A stretch of 64,000 bases of DNA, taken from contig CM052846.1 in NCBI GenBank assembly GCA_028534125.1, forward strand, positions 7,440,001-7,504,000. Reading direction: 5' to 3'. Shown one piece after another: positions 48,066-61,168 of the stretch. The position numbers were made by a program, and so were the translations under genes. How positions within the stretch are numbered: position 1 is the first letter of the stretch; the number at the start of each line of letters is the position of its first letter. The notes beneath the pieces are model-generated. The model was not told the origin of the DNA and ran no database searches. It worked only from the letters and a program-made list of their open reading frames with translations. Source of the stretch: Lama glama (taxonomy: Eukaryota).

Positions 48066-49974
48066 TGAACACAGATTGGATGGGTCTCTGTCCTGGCCTC
48101 CTCTAGTTCTTCAGGGCATCTCTTACCAGACGTGGAAGTCCTAGGGCTCCTCTATGCTTGGCCCCCTGAGAAATCACCAGGCTCTGGGGGCTGGCAGACT
48201 GGGGGACCCCCAAAGGAAGCAAGGCCTGGTTCTGGCAAAATGCAGAGCATCTGCTGGCCTTCTGAAGTTCTATCTTGTTTATATAAAAAAAGCCCCTTCG
48301 TGCTTTTTATAAAAATCAAGAGTAATATTTTACTTAACAAGATAGAAGAAACTATGGGCATACAAGGAAAAAGTTGGCGTACAGCTACATATTGAAAAAT
48401 TTGCCAAAGAACCTCCCCCACCCCTGGAAATAAAAGGGTTCTGTGAGGCATGAGGAAACGCTGCTTGAGGGCTGGAGCACGGGATGGGTCTGAGGGGTTA
48501 CCACCGTGCCCTGGCCCAGCCCCTGTGGTTCCGAGGGGACGGAGGTTAATTCCAGGTCTGACGCTTCAGCTGTCTGGTCAGGCTGAGGTGCAGGCACAGA
48601 TCTTGCTTTTGCTTTTTGCTTAGGCAGAAGCAGCGGCCACGACAGCACCTGCATTCACACACGTGCGGCAGGGCCGTCCAGATCGAGAGGTGTGGGCTGC
48701 AGCTTCCGTACGGAGCAAAGCTCAGTGGCCCTTTTCAGGGACAGACGTTTTAACCACAGGTTTAGCTCTGTTAGCAGAGCCACATGGCCAGCTGGGAAGA
48801 GCTGTTGAGTTATTTCTCTGTTGACAAAGAAGCTAGAGCCATCGATGGTCACACAAACAAACAAACAAATAAAAACAGCAGGAGTAATGCAAGTTAGAGC
48901 TTAAGAAGAACTTCCTAACTGTGCAGCATGGTGCACTGATCATCAGGGAAAATAAGTTGTCCTTCAGAGTCTCTGTTTGCTTGTTTCTTTTCTTCCTTTG
49001 CTCTCTCTCTTTTTCTTCCTTTTTAAAGAAAAGTTAGCTCTTTACCTTTCTAGACTGTTATCATTATAGTCTACACTACTTCCAGGGAAAGGGGAATAAT
49101 TATCATTGGCCTTATGTAGAGGGAGATGTCCATCTTGTCACACACGAGGAGAAGCTCTGGAGGGCGGGACCCTCAGAGCTGTGTGATGTGGTGCTCTCTC
49201 CTGCCCCCTCATCAGGAGTTAACGTCCACTTTAGCGACCGTTGCATCCAGCCCCAGAAATGGCAGTGTCATAAAGGTGGGTAAAGTGACTGAGTAACTTC
49301 TCTATGCATCATTCTCCAAGTTGCTTTCTACCGTCTTTGTGCACTGCTCTGATCACCAAGGACCTTCACTCAAGCATATTTCTCCCATAAACCATTACTG
49401 TCATCATAGACTATTATTAGGGTCTACTGTGGTGGTACATAATAAGTACTTGTGTTCTGAGTAACTGAAGCATAAGTGCAGCAGAGAAATCCCCATAAAA
49501 AGCAAGAGAATAGTCCGTGGACAGTCAAGGTCCTGAGACGCAGGATATTGAACAAACGAGTCACAAACGCCCATTAGCTCCCCTTTCTGGGCCAGCCCTT
49601 CTCCACGCCAGCTGCTGTCATTCTTTGGTGTTTTTCTTGGGAGTCGCTTGTTCCCTTTTTACTTTACTCATCTCATTGCCGACAGTGGTGCTCACTATGA
49701 AAACAAGTGGTAGTTAAAGATAGCAGAGTTCAGGAGCTGGAGGGATAACTCAGGGTAGGCGGAGGAAAGGACGCTTTGACTTTGAGAAGGAGGACGTGCA
49801 GGAGAGAAACCCCTTTGGACAGGACAAGTGAAGTTCACCTCTGGTACATGGGCTACTGAAGTTTGAGCCACTGGGTCTCAGTCTTCTCAGGGCAACCTGT
49901 GAGTCATTGGACAGTTTAGCCTTTGTGAATAAAGCTGTCCATTTATTCGTTGGACTTTGGTGGGTAAGCAGTGC

Positions 49975-50260
49975 AGAACCACTGTGTTTGGACTGTGAGC
50001 AGTAGGCAACAGAGCATCACCAAGAGTATTTAACAGAAGCGTGACATGATCAGAGAGGCATGCATGGGGGTGACTCATCTGAGAGTCACAGGTAAGAGAG
50101 GGAGGACCGTGGAGAGATGCTAGTATTGGGAAGCTAAATGGGAAGCTACAGCAAAGGTCCAGTGGAGGGAAGAATTGAGAACTTTACCAAAGATGATGGT
50201 CTCAGGAGTAAAAGAAAAGGACTAATTCAGGAAACACAATGGAGAATGAATGGACAGAGC
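49975..50260 (-). mobile_element. LINE-2 fragment
   Basis: 'gtaggcaacagagcatcaccaagagtatttaacagaagcgtgacatgatcagagaggcatg'. Confidence 0.7.
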
Positions 50261-50854
50261 TTGTCCACTAAGCAGCCATGGCAGGGGGCACAGGCAGGAG
50301 GGATTAACTATAACACAGTCGTACCAGATTTCCCCAGGGAGCAACTGGGCATCTGTCCGGTGGCCAGTGGGAGTAACAACTCTCCATACTTTTCTTGCTC
50401 AGAAACGGGGCAGGAGCAAGAGTGGCCTGGTCGCTGTGTAAACTCACTCCTGTAATAACCTGTCAGTACGGGCAGAGTATGGCCTTGACACGGGGTGAGT
50501 GGATCATGCGATCCCCTTGCCGCTGCTAGCTCCCCACTCTCAATGGTGATGATCCCGAACACGCAGGTTACTGTTCGTGAGTGGGGCCCTCTGCTCCACG
50601 GAACCGGGGAGACTCCCACGAAGAACTGATGGGATAAACGTAGCAGGAAGCGCCATGGCAGTATCCGGCATGGCCGGTCGTACTGGGTGACACGGAGTGT
50701 TTTCATTCCTTCCCATCCTCACTCTTCTTGTCACCATCTTCCAAATCGTAATTCCCAGGCTCTGATGCCAGATTTCAGCGGCTTTCACGGTAAAACGGGA
50801 AGCGACTTGCAGCGGAGTTCTGTGTTCCCTGCTGCCATGCCCTGAAGACAGGCA

Positions 50855-51354
50855 NNNNNNNNNNNNNNNNNNNNNNNNNNNNNNNNNNNNNNNNNNNNNN
50901 NNNNNNNNNNNNNNNNNNNNNNNNNNNNNNNNNNNNNNNNNNNNNNNNNNNNNNNNNNNNNNNNNNNNNNNNNNNNNNNNNNNNNNNNNNNNNNNNNNNN
51001 NNNNNNNNNNNNNNNNNNNNNNNNNNNNNNNNNNNNNNNNNNNNNNNNNNNNNNNNNNNNNNNNNNNNNNNNNNNNNNNNNNNNNNNNNNNNNNNNNNNN
51101 NNNNNNNNNNNNNNNNNNNNNNNNNNNNNNNNNNNNNNNNNNNNNNNNNNNNNNNNNNNNNNNNNNNNNNNNNNNNNNNNNNNNNNNNNNNNNNNNNNNN
51201 NNNNNNNNNNNNNNNNNNNNNNNNNNNNNNNNNNNNNNNNNNNNNNNNNNNNNNNNNNNNNNNNNNNNNNNNNNNNNNNNNNNNNNNNNNNNNNNNNNNN
51301 NNNNNNNNNNNNNNNNNNNNNNNNNNNNNNNNNNNNNNNNNNNNNNNNNNNNNN
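50855..51354. other. Assembly gap (exactly 500 N, probably a placeholder)
   Basis: Seen directly. Confidence 1.
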
Positions 51355-51414
51355 TGGAGTGAATGTGAATGAGAGTGGTTACTTTGGGGCTCACCCTCTC
51401 CATGACTAGAGGGT

Positions 51415-51875
51415 GAATGTTGGAGGCCATCTGACCTGAGTTCAAATCCCAGGCCAAAGAAGCATTAACAATCTGTGTCCTCTTGATCAAGTTCCTTACC
51501 TTGTTATAAGACTTCTTATATACTTAATGGAGATAGTATATCCACGTTTTTTTTAGAGGACTAATGAGGGTGGTAATTAACAGTTTAAGTCCTGGTGTCA
51601 AACAGGTCTGAGTTTGAATCTCATCCTTGTATCTTATTTGCTGTCTAATCTGGTGAAAGGGAGTTAACCTTTCTGAGCCTTATTTTCTCATCTGTGAATT
51701 GGAGTCCATAATAGTATTTATCTCATGGAGTAGTTTGGATTTAAAAAAAAAAACCAATGCATGTAAAACTTAGAATGGTACCTCAAACGTACTAAGAACT
51801 CAGTTAATGTCAGTCATTACTATAGAAGAGCCCTGAGCATACCTGGCACTGATGGGCTCAAATAACCTTTAGTTC
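51415..51875 (+). mobile_element. Nested MIRs: full MIR (about 51569-51823) inside a same-strand MIR
   Basis: Outer copy reads 'acctgagttcaaatccc...gaggactaatgag' and resumes 'aagagccctgagcatacctggcac...gctcaaataa' after the inner copy. Confidence 0.7.
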
Positions 51876-54395
51876 TTTCTCCTGATAATTCCCATCTTTT
51901 AAATGGTTACCACTGGCAGACACACTGTGTAGACATATTGGTTCAGGGGACTTTAGCATAACTTTGTGCACAAGTGTCATACATTAAAAAATGACTCCTT
52001 TTACCTATCTTAAATGGCACCGAATTCTTCTGAAGAAAGGGAATTTTGAGGGGAAAGATCATGAACGTCTGAATTACGAAGAGTTTACATTCTTAAAGTG
52101 TGGTGGGTTGGAGATACTTTTTAAAATTGAACATAGCCATTTTGTGATTTGATTTCCTCAGGATGTGAATCAGAGAGAAAAAAACTAAAATTTGGTCCCA
52201 GATGAAACAAAAGGGGAGTAGGGAGGACAGGCAGAGGATTTTTCACTGGTAAAGCAATTTACACACTTGTCCTTTGCACAGTGAGTCATGGGCTGTGATA
52301 CATTTCATAGCAATGTCTACGAGTTTCCAAATCTGGAAGAAGACTTATCAGCCAAATAAGGGAGAGAGAAGAAAACAGACTTCTAATCTACCTAGTTACC
52401 ATTCACAGAATTTTAGACGTGGAACTTCAAAAAAAAAAAAAAGGACCATTCTGGCACCCCACTTTTAGTCATATCTTTAAACCCACTGAGAGAGAATTAG
52501 CTTATCACTTCCAAAATATCTTCAGCAGAGGAATTCAGTCTCTAGTTCTAGCATTCTAGAAAAACTTCCTAATTGCTTCTCTTCCTTAAACTTTTTTTTT
52601 TTTGCTATAGCTTGAGGCTAAAATCTTCTTTTTTTAGCTTTCATATTGGCTGACCAAAGGTCATCTTAAAATGAGATTGTAAACTTTTTTTTTAAAAGTT
52701 ATTAAAACTTACCCCTTAGTCTTCTAATTTTTCTAGTTAAGCAATCTCAACTCATTTAAAAACTCTTAAGTCCAGTCTTTCCATATCTCAGGTCCTTTTG
52801 GCTTACTGTTCTGAGGGTGTTCCCCCCAAATTCTCATAATAGATTAAAAAACACCAACAGTTTATTATGTTCACTTGAGTACCCCCAGGACCTTGTGCCA
52901 CTTAGGGTACAGTACAAATAAATGTTGACTGAAGGCATGAATATGTCTTCATATTTGTATAGCTTCTAGTACTTTATGGAAAGCTTTAACTTCCTCAGAA
53001 GATTCTGTCTGAGGTTCTCTTGTTTTCACCTCCCCTCCCCACCAAAATCTTCCCTTTAGTTTTAAAGCCAGCAAGTGACAAAACAGAGACCTGAAGTCAG
53101 GTCTCCAGTTCCCAGTCATGTTAAGTTTCTCGACTTAGCCTAAACATTTTCTAAAGCAGAGCTGCTGGTGTTTTGAAAAATATAGACCCCTCCCAAGCTC
53201 AACCCCATACTCAGATAGTGGAGAGAACAGTGGAAGGAGGGCACACCAGTTGTAACAAGTCTCTGCTTGGAAGCATCTCTGAACATCATGTTATTTTTTT
53301 CATTGTAAAACATGACTTCTCGCATCCTGAGCTCCGATTCTCACTGCCTTTCTGCAAGCTTATCATGTCTTCACGTAGTACCTCCACATTCTGTTCTGGA
53401 TATGAAATCTCAGTAGGGCGTGACAGGGCACCTGTAAACTCTTCATCAACAAGATGTACACGGCGCCTGGATGGAATGCTGCAGGGTCAGTGCAAGGATC
53501 TTGGGACACCTCGTGATGTAATCCTTGCTGGTCCCAGATTTCCTTACTGCTGAAATCAACCATCTCTGCCATTTGTTTCATTTACTTTGCTAGAACTTAC
53601 AAAGGTGAGTATTAAATGATCAGGGAGACAGGGTTGTTTCCATTGAGCTCTTTAAAGGCAGGGATTGTGTCATAAAATTTTATATCCCTCTCCCCTCATC
53701 TGTGGTCTGGCACAGAGCAGGTACTTAACATATATTTCTTACATTAAATCGGCATCTATAAGAAAATCCGAAATCAAGACTTGTTCTCGACTTTGTCCAT
53801 AACAGTGTGTCCTTAGATGAGGAACTGAGCTGTTTTGTCATCTGTGTGTCATGTGTAAAATGGGATATGCATCCACTTTAAAAAACTGATAGGAATATGA
53901 GAGTTACAGGAAGTTGGGCTTAAAGAATATTGGGTTTGAATTTCACAGACGAGGCAGTGTTCTACTCTTTAAATAAACGCTTTACAAACATGGTCTTTGT
54001 GTTGTAATCCTCTGTGAAGCACATCATCAAAGCAAAAGGGCTCTTGGTCACCTACTTGTGGATTATTATTTGTAACTAGTACATCATTTTTGACACATTC
54101 CTACAATCCTCAATAGCTATTTTTTTCTCTTAATTCACATTCCATTGTAATCATCTTTATTGTTGAAATGGAATTGTCAACTTGAAGATAATTTGAAGCA
54201 TGGTTTTCTGCCATGTGGGTTCATAAATCTTAACAGTAAGAGCCAAGAGCCAAGTAGCTGAAAGCATTGTGAAATCATTGCATTAGGCTCCTGGAATATG
54301 TGAGTCGTCTTCCCACTTTCTCGTTAGTCTGAGGCAGGATGCCCGGAAAGAGTGTTTCATAAACGAGGCCTGTATTCTAATGCTGCCTTGTTAAA

Positions 54396-54424
54396 AACAA
54401 CAACAACAACAACAACAACAACAA
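54396..54424. repeat. (AAC)n microsatellite
   Basis: Seen directly. Confidence 0.95.
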
Positions 54425-54484
54425 AAACAAAGTCACTGTAAACTTGAAAATCAAAATCCTGATTTCTCTCGTTTTGTTTCCTCG

Positions 54485-54688
54485 AGTTTCTTAAACCGAG
54501 TGCCTACCGCTGAGTAGGCATTGGAGTCACCTGGAGGATTGGTTAACCACAGACAGCTGGATACTGTCCTCAGCGTTTTTGATGAAGTAGACTGAGGGTG
54601 GGGAGGGGCCCAAGAACTGGGAATTGTAACAAGTTCCCAGGTTGCTAGCGCTGCAGGTCCAAGGACCACACACTGTGAATACTGTGCC
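54485..54688. mobile_element. MER5A hAT MITE
   Basis: 'gcattggagtcacctggagg...ggggcccaagaa...taacaagttcccaggt...gctgcaggtccaaggaccacac'. Confidence 0.85.
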
Positions 54689-55222
54689 ACCTGATCTGCC
54701 CTGTGATTGCGGAGGCTCGTAGAAATGAATACGTCATGGGCTGCTTCCCTTTGCTGAGACTACTTTAAGAAAATGGGACTTAGATAAGCCATCCGTGGTG
54801 CAAAGCACAGGCAGACACCTATGGTTCAGGGTGTCTATACAGAACTGTGATGAAGACTGGAGAAAGAAAGCCAGATTGTTTTCTGTTTGTTTTTTTTAAA
54901 TTAAACCTCTAGCTCCTTCATGATTTTGTAGAACCATTTTGTTGCCTTTTTCAGACTCCTTCGGGAGACATCTGAAAATGTGCTGCCTGAAGTTTTAAAA
55001 GCCAAAGAGGGAAGATATGTCTCCATTTTTTCCCTAGGTTATCATCTTTGTTTCCATACTCTCTTTCCCAGATGAGGGACCACATATTCAAGTGTCCTTT
55101 CCTCTTGCTTTAGGATATAATTAGATCCTAGACAATAATTCTCTATCAAGCTCTTTGAAGTCGAGACCCTATTTCCTATAGGCACAATGTTATCAATTTA
55201 GGTTTTTTCCCCCCCGGAAGGC

Positions 55223-56970
55223 CATTCCATTCAACACTCACTCAGTGACTTCATATGCCAAGCACTATACTAGATATTTAAGGAAAGACATGACCAAGAT
55301 CGACTCAAATTCCTGCCCTTCCAAAGCCTGCATTCTAGCAGAGACAGACAGTAAACATAATACTTACAGCAACATACTCTATCTCTGATAGTAGATGCTA
55401 TGGAAAGGAGGAAAATAAACCATGGTAATGAGGTTCAGGATGTGAGGGGCTGGCAGGGGAGAGTGGTATGTGCAATTGCAGTTTTAAATCGGGGAGCCAT
55501 TTGAGCAAAGACCTGAGGCAGATGGGACTGTAAGCATGTATCTAGGGAAGAGCGTCACAGGCAGAGAGAACAGACCGTGCAAAGGCCAGAAAGTGAAAGT
55601 GGTAGTAGATTGGAGAGGTAACACAGAGGCAAGGTCAAGATCATATGAGGCTTGGTAGGTCCCTGAAAAAGATGTTGGCTTCAATCTAAGTGAAATAGGA
55701 GTCACTGCAAAATGGTGACTTTTTAAGAAGGATCTCTCCAGATGTTGTGTTTAGAATATACTGAGCAGGGCAAGGTTAGAAGCTGAGAGAGCCTGGTTAC
55801 GAGACTACACCAGTAACCCAAACGAGAGATGACGTGGTGTGGACCATGGGTTGATCTGTAAAGGTGGTGAGAAGTAGTTTGATTCTGTACATATTTGGAA
55901 AGTAAAGTTCAGTAGGATTCCATGATAGATTGGACATAAAATGTTCAAGAATAAAGAAGGTTTTGGCCTGAGAAACCAGAGAGATGAAAATTGCTATCAC
56001 TTGAGATGTGAAAGGCTGCAGGAAGAGCAAGTATGTGAGAAATGCTGGGATTTTGGTTTTGGACATACTGAGTTTGAAATGACTGTTAGACATCTGATGG
56101 GAGATGTCGCGTTGTTTGTGGATCACGCATACATGGGGCTTTGAGAACGTGCCGAGTATGTCTGGGCTGAGGGTGGAGTCGTCAGCATGTTGGTAGTAAA
56201 AGTTTTAAGGCGAGTGAGATTATCAAGTAGAGAAAAAGAAAAGGACTCAGCCCCGGGGGTCTCCAGCATTAAGAGGTCAAGGAGGGAAAAAAGAAACCAT
56301 CAAGGAGAGACTGAGAAGGAGTGGCCATCAAAGTTGGAGAAAAACTAGGAGCGGATGGTGTCCTACAAAGCAGGAGAAGGAAGGATATCAGAGGGCAGTG
56401 AAAAATAGTGTCAGACGCTGCCGACAGGTCAAGCAAGATGAAAACTGAAAATTTACCACTGACTTTAGCAACTCGAGATCATCGGTAACCTTAACAAGAA
56501 CGTATCTGGTGAGGTGGTGACAGTTAAAGCCTGGTCTGAGTAGCTGAAGAGAGAATGATGGAAGATGAATTGGCAGTAGTGGGGAAAGACACCTGCTGAT
56601 GCTCCTGCAAAAGGAGGCGAAGAAATGGGACGGAAACAGGTGAGGAAAGTGGGGTCCATCTGAGGATGTGGTGGTGTTTGTGTTTGGGGTCGGAAAAAAC
56701 AACAACGATTGTGTGCTGATGGAGATGATCCGGTAGAGAGGGACAGATTGATGTTTTAGGCACGATTGGAAGGATTCCTTAAGCAATTTCACTGGGTTGA
56801 CAAATAGTGATAGCTAGTACCCAAGTGGAAGATCTGGCTTCGGGGGAGTCAGATATTTTCACCTGTGCTAACAGGCATGTTTGGATTAGTAATGCTGGTA
56901 GGGGAGGCAGGCGCAGTGTTGAGACCCTGTGTAAAATGCCTTTTGATTGTTTCCATTTTCTCCATGAGGT
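55223..56970 (-). mobile_element. Long (about 1.75 kb) LINE-2 with decayed reverse-transcriptase remnant
   Basis: L2 tail at about 55223; minus-strand ORF 56388-56792 encodes LLRPGFNCHHLTRYVLVKVTDDL, resembling the L2 RT motif [22 protein letters not shown]; multiple stops and frameshifts. Confidence 0.9.
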
Positions 56971-58865
56971 GCGAGCCAACATTGTCTCATAAAACATCAA
57001 AACGTATTCAAAAGAAAATAAAGCCCACATATATAAATAAAGCCCTCTACCAATATTTATCCAAAAAATAAAACAAAGCCAAACACAATATAAAAAAGTA
57101 TGCAATAAACGTTTCAGTTTAGGAGCACACTAAGGAGATGAGATGACAGAGGAGATGTTATTAGAGACCGTGCTTGGCTCGCTCTCATGGGATTCAGTTC
57201 CTGCTTCCGGACATGTATGTAGAAATGGTTCATGCTTTGGTATTTAAAGGTTGAGGACAAAAGGAAACTCTCATCTTCTGTCCCCTAGAGAAAAAGCTCT
57301 TCCTGTTCCTGAAATCTCTAATAGAGTTCCTCTGGAACCTGGCTGTATTTCATACTCAAACCGCTATCATTCTGTCATTCTGGTTGATGAAAAAGAGATT
57401 ATTCCGTCTTGCTGTAGAAATGCCAAAATGAAAGAACAAAAACCAACAAGAATATTCAAACCCAATTAAAAATGTTTTCTCTTCAGAACAAAATAAAACC
57501 AAGTAGAACAATTATTTCCTTTTTTTCAAGGGGAAACCCAAATGGTGGTAGCATGGTTTTAACAACTTTCTAGAGAATTCTAAGGACGCCCCACTCCTTC
57601 ATTCATGGTAATCAGTTGTTTAACACTGAGCAGCTCCACTTATGAAGGAAGGAGAACGGTTTGGCTGGCAGAATAACTTACAAATATTCATTTCATGAAT
57701 ATTACATATATTCAATAAATTCATTCAATAATAACTACATAAAATATATTTTACACCTGACTTTAATCCAAAACAAAAAAGAAGTCAGTATCTGCAGTTT
57801 AATTTAAAAAAAAAAGGTTAATATGGAAATGTCAAATCTCCAGCTCTTAACCTTTTTAGTTATTTTTTTCCTTAAGATGTGAAAGTGTAAACTCTCCACG
57901 CAGTCTGTACTGGACCACCTGAAAGGGAAGAAATGGTACCACAGCATCTAAATGTTTTTTCCTTTCTGTAACCTGAGGTAGAGGGTGGGAAGTTGTCCTT
58001 TGAGAAGGGGCAGGAGAACATCCTGGGTTTCCATTATAAAGTTTCGTATGGGAATAACTATGTGAAAATATATGAAAGATTTATACTTTTCAGTGGGCAG
58101 AACCAAAATTGCACGTCCACAAAGACATGTTTGTTTAGAACTGGAGAAACTGAAGCTAGTTGTAGCACAGAATTTGATGGCTAAAAGGGTAGGTAAAGAT
58201 AGTAGTTACTAAGAGGAATCGTGATTTTTCTATTTCCCCAAAGAACTTAAAAATCTCTGTAGCCTCCATCTTGGATAACCCAGGTGCTCTTCCGCCCAGA
58301 GACAGGGGTCTACAGAAAAGATTCTCATGGGCGCAGAGGATCCTGGGAAAATCTTCCTTCCTCCCCATCCCAGGACTTGTTTATATAATGTATAGACTTC
58401 AGACTGCAAGTGAAACTTGATTTCACTTGTTTGACAATTTCTCTTTGCCCCATGGCCAGCTCACTTGTTCCTTTTGGCTGATTGCAGAAGGGCTGGGATC
58501 TCTCAAGAGAGGGAGACTAAAAAGAGCAGAGATCCAACCTGGCTTCCTCTAGCATTAGTCCACCTCATCTGAGGAGTCTGTGACTCATTGCTGAGTTTCC
58601 CCCACCCCCAGGCAACTTCCACCAAACCATAGCCCCCCAAATGTGTTGCTGAAACATTTTCCTTAGTGATGCAATCTTGTTCTGATATTGCAGGGAATGC
58701 TGATTTTATTAGAGTTCTTTCAGCAAATTTGTTTAATTGTTGCTGCGCTTTGGCAAGTGCTGAGTCACCATGAGCACTTCATCCTTCTTACTTTCCTTTT
58801 TTTTTTTAAAGTCCTTCTTTTGTTAAGTTTAAAACAAGTCTCTCCTTTTTTTTCCCCCCCAACAG

Positions 58866-58928
58866 ACTTGACTTTGGAAAAGACTCAGAAGAGCCGGTAA
58901 ACTTGGGTTCCTCACTTCTGCTCCTCAT
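58866..58928 (+). other. Candidate 63-nt exon
   Basis: Strong polypyrimidine tract plus CAG acceptor (58865) and CAT|GTGAGT donor; one open frame. Unverified. Confidence 0.3.
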
Positions 58929-59687
58929 GTGAGTATAATTTATATTTCTAACTCTTATGCAAGTGCCATTAAACAGCGTATTTCCCCAGGTTTCTGGGGA
59001 AGAGCTGCTTGTTTGATCTTGGCAACGCTGGCACTCTTTTAGAATTAACCACGGAAAAAGTTGATGACACTTCCGCGCTTCTTGTAAAATTCATCTTTGG
59101 GGTAATTTTATGGTGTGTGTTTCCCCCCTTGAATGTTTGAAAGAGCTGGATTTTTCTGTCTCTTTGCAGAGCTTTCTGGCAGCTGTGTCTCATTTGCTTT
59201 GCAAGGGCATTGGAAGAAATTGCTATTTTGGAAGCTCCTTAACATATGCGATAATTGTACAAAACACTTTACAGTTTGCACAGTGCCTTCCCATTATTTT
59301 ACCTAGTTATTTCTCATAGAAGCCTTGGACATATAATTTACATTTTGTTTCAGAAAGAGAAATAGAGGTACTGAATAAATCACAGAATCTTGGCAGGACA
59401 ATTTATCTCACTCTGGAATTAATCGATAGATTAAAAATCTCTTCCTTCAGATCCTTTAATACCTATGACCAGAAAGCCACATGCTTTTCGCCCTAAACGG
59501 GTAGACCAGCACACCCACTGTGCATCTGAGGAATACACACGCTACCTGGTCTTAGGTCTACAAAGGCCTAGCAAAGCGTTGTCTGAGTGATTGGACATTG
59601 GAAACCACTGTTTAGCAGCTTGTATTAAAAGTGATAAACAGGCTTCTTTAAAAGAAAAAAAAAACAGATTTCTCAAAAAAAAAAAAC

Positions 59688-59950
59688 GTGATACAGTGGA
59701 TGGCTAAAAGCGCCGGTTCTGGGGTCACACTGCCTGGGTTTAAATCCAAGCTCCTACTTTTATCAGCTGTGTGAACTTGGATGAGTCACTTTACCTTTCC
59801 CAGCCTTGTTTTTCTTATCTGCAAAGTGGGAGTGTTAGTTGCTACTTGGTGGAATTATTGTGAGCCTGAATTGACTGAATTCAGGAAAAGCTTTAAGCCT
59901 GGCATCCAGCACACCTTCAGCCCTTCAGTAAATGTTAGCTGTCACTATGT
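59688..59950 (+). mobile_element. Near full-length MIR
   Basis: 'ggctaaaagcgccggttctggggtcacactgcctgggtttaaatcc...tcttatctgcaaagtggg...cagtaaatgttagctg'. Confidence 0.85.
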
Positions 59951-60503
59951 TGTAATTCAAAAGGTGGCTACCGGGTCATTTTTTCTAAGGTTCATTTAAG
60001 TTGATTTGTTTCGTGAAATTGCTCACACGGCCCAGTCAAGACTGGAAATAATTGGTGGTCTTAAGAGGTAGTTGGTGGGGTAGACAGACCTTATACTTGT
60101 ACTTCCTCTGCTCTTAAGAGCTGTGATCATCAAATCCTCTCAGTCCATCTGTCACTCCCTTTAAAACACAAAGCTGCCGTGTTGTTTGCCTTGGATAATA
60201 TGGGATATTGACGGAGGGCCCCATTCACTAGGACTCCCCGTATTTCAGCCTCGCACTTTTGGCATGGTAGCACACTAGAAAGACAAAAGGTAGCATTAGT
60301 TTTCCCACAGCCCCAGGTGGAAGTAAGGTCTGGAGGAAGTAGCAGGGATCTGCCTCGTTGCGAATGTGGTCTCCTTGGTCTCCTTGGAATACAGATTGAG
60401 TCCCACATCTGCTTTTAGTTGGCTGGGTAAACTGGGCAGAGCACTTTCTCTGTACCTCAGTTTCCCCAACTTTAAACAGAAATTAAAATACCCACAGTCT
60501 GGA

Positions 60504-60608
60504 GAGCGTGCCCTGCCCTCCCCCCATTTGCTGAGACTTTCCCATAGCATATACCCTGTCCTGGGAACCTCCTCAGTCCCGGGGAGATCAGGGTGGTTGG
60601 TCACCCTA
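60504..60608. mobile_element. MER81-like hAT-Blackjack MITE
   Basis: 'tttgctgagactttccc...gtcctgggaacctcctcagtcccgggg...ggttggtcacccta'. Confidence 0.8.
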
Positions 60609-61168
60609 AATATCTGCCCCTCGTCTTACTGGGTTCACCATAAGGGCAGTGGATACAAACAGCCTTAGAGACTTCATGAGCTGAAGAGTATAGGTAACTG
60701 AGTTCTGAACACTTAAGGTCCCCAAGTAATGCTATGGGTTATTGAAAGAAAAACATGGCAATACAGTATATCACTTATTAGTTAAGAATAGCATATGTTA
60801 ACTCTTGGCGCATCATTTTATAAACTGCTTAGAAATATGTAATGTGGCTGGCAAATTCATTAATGGATATACCATGCTTTATATCATTCTTACATGTTTA
60901 AGTACATGTAATTGAAAGTCCACAAAGGCATATTCATACAAAACAGTTAGGACCATTATTTTCAGGTCATGACAAACATAATTTGCATTGGAGAGACGTC
61001 ATTTGAAACACCTTCACTTCCTGAACATTCTGTTTTGTACCCAACGTGTATTTTTGAAAGGATTACCATTTACAATAAATTGATTAGTGATTTGTCTTGG
61101 TATCTGAAAAAATAACAAAGGATAACAGGCCATTGCTGGGAATCACCTTGAGGCAGCATCAGTGTTCA

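Noticed and set aside
14241-52361. Five CArG boxes (14241, 27295, about 34405, 41744, 52352)
   Set aside because: About 4-5 are expected by chance in 64 kb by my estimate, and they are not clustered
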